This document shows, in pieces, positions 60,400-64,000 of a DNA stretch of 64,000 bases (the stretch's first letter is position 1; each line of letters opens with the position of its first letter). A program made the translations under genes and the position numbers. The notes beneath the pieces are model-generated. The model saw only the letters and a program-made list of their open reading frames with translations. It had not been told where the DNA came from and did no database searches. The DNA is from Curvularia clavata. Lineage: Eukaryota. Location of the stretch: assembly GCA_023920165.1 (NCBI GenBank), contig CP089275.1, forward strand, positions 1,054,001 to 1,118,000, given 5' to 3'.

Positions 60400-62910
60400 G
60401 TCAAGCCTTCTGTGTCATCATTCCGCACCGTGTTCGGGCGCAAGCGTGCGTCCAGCATCGGCGCGAGCCTCAGAATTTCCTCATACAATTGACCTTAGAC
60501 AGGGCGTGCTCTCTGATTGATGCTTTATCAAGGTAGGGTCCGAATTGCACTGGGGACGCACCCGAAATCACCTGACCGAATTGCGTCCGTCCTCGGTACG
60601 AAGTAGCTCTTCCCGCAACCAACACGAGTTCACGGAAACCATCTTTTGGTGTTTTTCTAGCATGTTCAATGCAGGATATACAGCGCCGAAGCAACACTAG
60701 AAGCCAACGCTCTCGCAGACATGCTCAATCGCAAAAGAATCACCAACGTAAGCACTCTTTTCTTCGACTTGCTCCCTGAGAGACACGAGCTCCGATAATG
60801 ATACCAAAAAGGCGTGCCAGCAATGTCAACAAAGAAAGAGACGCTGTGATGGAGGAAAGCCTTCTTGTAACCACTGCGCAAAGCACAGTAGAGATTGCGT
60901 ATACACAGCGCGGCGGCAACGTGGCCCTGGAAGGAGGTAAGCCGTCGCTAGAGCGCCGAAGAAGCAGATAAGGAACTCATGTTTTCCAGCAAAGAGGTCA
61001 GCGCGCATCCTATGCAACAGCTGATTCACAATGATCTGTCGTCTGGATTAGCCTCTGAAGCAGGACTAAGATATGCTGCGATGGACGATCCGGCTCAAGG
61101 TCCGTGGACCGCAGACGAAACCACACAAACACTGCCTGCAGCCGCCAAGAAATTTGCAGCGTTTGCCGCGGACATTCACGCGACAATGAAACAAATGCAG
61201 ACCCGGGTGGATCTGGGCTGCTCTGAGAGAAAGATCTTCGCATGCCTTCCTCCTAAACAGCATACCGTGTGTTTACTGCGGCCAGTAATCGAAGAAATCC
61301 AGCTCCATGGTGTCTTCCTCGAAGAAGAAATCGTTCTGCATCAACTTGACGAGCAGTACATTGCTGGCCCGGACGACTGCGACAGCGATCCGTGCCGATG
61401 GATGACTGTGTGCTCACTCCTTGCAGTATCTACGCTCCACAGGACAGATAACAGATCTCTCACCGCAATTTCATCGATCGCATGGGCATTCTTCAAGAAC
61501 GCATTCACGATGTACGCCGAGCTCGTAGCTCGAAGACCTACAATAGCCTCTTGCGAAGCACTACTGGCCATGGCCTTGTTCGTGCTACGCACAGCCGACG
61601 CCGGCCTCACTGCACAGCTGACAGCGACTGCAGCCCACATGGCCCATATGCTTGGTTTGCAAAAGCAGGAATACTATATTGGTCTCGATGCCGAAGTAGC
61701 AGAAAGACATAAACGGATTCTTTGGGCGGTGTACATTTTGAACGCTGATGTGACGCACAGATATGGTTTACCCTCACCACTAGATGAAGAGAACATTGTC
61801 ATTGAACTCCCCGAAGTCGAGGACTGTCATGTTTCCAGTCCTGTCGATCACATGGCACGCCTTTCAAGGCCACAGCGGGGCGGCATTCTTCGACAACAAG
61901 CAGTTTTTGCCGTTGCAAAGTTGCGGATACACAAGCTGCTCGAACGAGTTTCTTTGAGGCGACTGTCCATGCAGGAAATCATTGATCTGCTAGAAGCCGT
62001 CACAACGATCCACCAAGAGCTTGAGGAATGGAAATGTTTCATGCCTACAGAGATCCAGACTAGCTCGAGAGCGTACGGGGCGCCGCGCCTTGAGATGCCT
62101 GTCGCTATATTGCACTACACTTACCTCAGTTGCATTAGCAAGATCAGTATGACAGAGGCGGTCTTATTGGATCTGGCAAAATGCAATCCGGATATGCAAG
62201 AAGTACAGCCTCCAGCATCAAACAAAACCTTTAGTACCAGCAGAATGGCTAGAGCTAGGTGCGCTATGGCGGCCCGTGGAACACTTGATGTGCTGCTCCG
62301 CTTGCAACCCCAACCCTTCACACACCTCTGGTAGATTTGCCATAAGTCATGTTTAGCGACCAATCTCTTGATACTAACAACCTAGAAAGGCAAACACTGT
62401 GCTTCCCACTCTCCGCAATCCTCGTTTTACTGTCAGAAACCCTTGCATATCCAGCATCGGCCCACGCTGAAACCGATGTCGAACTCATTCACGACTTCGT
62501 CCGATATTTAGAGCGGCTGAAATCAGAGGGATGCGAAGTACACCGGCTTATCAACAGCTGTAGGAGTTTCTGGAGCATTGCAACTTGTGCGCTGATTGCT
62601 TCACAAACTGACCAAGAGGTGACGATTTTTGAACAAACAAGGGAGGTAAGCAAGCAAGCTGGGTTCCCTGCCGATTCTGCAACGGCAAGCTGACATATGG
62701 GGAATCCAGTCAATATGTGCAAAGTTCGCGCAAGTCGTGGACTGGCTACAGCTTGCAGAAGGACTATTAAGCAATGTGCCAATGTTGAGTGGCAAGGCGC
62801 GTAAACTCTTTTGTGACATTCTCGAACTGGGCGGACCGGATGAACAGTACGGTGACTTTGTCCCAGAACTTATGAAACCTAGCAACTATAATTTCTCGCA
62901 CAGCAATTAA
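60400..62910 (+). CDS. Fungal-specific transcription factor domain protein; upstream Zn2Cys6 exons appear degenerate
   Basis: Open ORF 60979-62334 with AHMLGLQK, ERHKRILWAVYIL, plus spliced exons ending at TAA 62908-62910. Upstream relic Cys motifs QACVQHRR and NCTGDAPEIT*PNCVR. The start is uncertain. Confidence 0.72.
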
Positions 62911-64000
62911 AAGAGGCGCTATTAGTTGGGGATGATTCAATTGAGATGGTTGCTGGAAGAAGATAGTATGTTTAGTCACTTTTTTTGTCCACATAATGTA
63001 TCACGCACGCCCCATCCATACGAATGTATGCGAGGCGGTGAACCACCTAGACCTACCAGTTTCCAGCTTCGACTGCCTGAAACATCGCAATGACAGTACC
63101 CGCACATTTTATCCTGTTAAAAAGCTAATGACACTGGAGCACATGAATCAGTGAGTGAAAACGCTTCAACAAGCAGTACGCATCGCTTGTGATAATATAA
63201 TACAAATCAGGTCGTCTCCAGAAGCTCACAGGGATTCACTCATCAGCCGTAGCAGACGTGGAAAACTGGAACGAGGCAGGGTTAGCAGGATATCTAGCCA
63301 TATCAAGTGTCACATCAAAGAGTAGCTCGGACTTATTTTGGTCCGCAGAAGATTCCAATGCAGGGTTAGCGTAACCAAAGCATCCTGCCAAGCTCTACTG
63401 GTTGAGCGAAAGATTCATCCCGCACCTTGAAATGCGGATGTACGTCAATTCGATCAGTCAGCAATTCAAAGAAGCTTGCGTCATGTTCATCACTCGACTG
63501 ATACTGACTCACCTCTGTCCAAAAGCTGCCGCACACAGATTACAAAGCATTCTTCCGCAGCGGAGGAACGGACCTTAAACTTGCTACTTAAACCACGAAC
63601 CGCAGTGCGCTTATTCTAACAAGCAGACCCTAGAGAATTTTGCATGCAACAATATCGTTTTCAGTCCTCATCATGTCGTTCCACCTTACTGGCATTGCGC
63701 ACTCAATCTGCACACTCCGCCCGCTACTTGTCCTTGCTGAGAAAGGAGTCGAAGATTTCACGTTGCATGCTCCGAACATTGGTGCTGGCGAGCACAAGGT
63801 AAATAACTTCCCGTCTTAGTTGTGGATGAACTAATCACGAAATTTAGACTGAGCAGTACAAGAAGAAGCATCCTTTTGGTCAGATTCCAATCCTCGAAGA
63901 CAATGGCTTCGTTCTGTTTGGTCAGTTCGCTGGGAGCTCTCCTCTTCGTCACTGAACTAATGACCTGCAGAGTCACGCGCGATTTCGCGTTTCTTAGCCA

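Noticed and set aside
63060..64000. Possible 3' exons of a minus-strand gene running off the window
   Set aside because: Splice-like signals are present, but no consistent open frame or domain.
1..64000. Starship giant transposon as the carrier of this accessory content
   Set aside because: No DUF3435 tyrosine-recombinase captain or element boundary is visible in the window; this can be neither supported nor excluded.

Overview
Eukaryotic, intron-containing DNA from a filamentous ascomycete fungus; the exact taxon cannot be fixed from the sequence. The window is an accessory region rich in secondary-metabolism genes. From left to right it holds: (1) the 3' end of a Pes1/NPS4-type NRPS (C-T-C-T), a TDT/SLAC1 transporter, an expansin-like protein and an alpha/beta hydrolase; (2) a MITE-like element and an island of four small secreted, mostly Cys-rich proteins (11.7-16.8 kb); (3) an MFS transporter, a Zn2Cys6 TF and a bacterial-like metallo-beta-lactamase; (4) an ankyrin + CorA-like membrane protein, a TPR relic and a solo LTR; (5) an apparently complete ~19 kb, 10-gene sesquiterpenoid cluster (35.6-54.6 kb) made of a Zn2Cys6 TF, four P450s, an SDR, an MFS, an HxxxD acyltransferase, an aristolochene-synthase-like cyclase and, unusually, an HMG-CoA synthase head-to-head with the cyclase; (6) a 5'-damaged tRNA-Asp; (7) a divergent gene pair in which a cytosolic protein resembles the pro-domain of its neighbour, a pseudogenised secreted 8-Cys peptide precursor, suggesting a toxin/immunity pair; (8) a fungal TF with an apparently decayed Zn cluster. 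Exon boundaries were read by eye from GT..AG and branch signals. No database searches were run.
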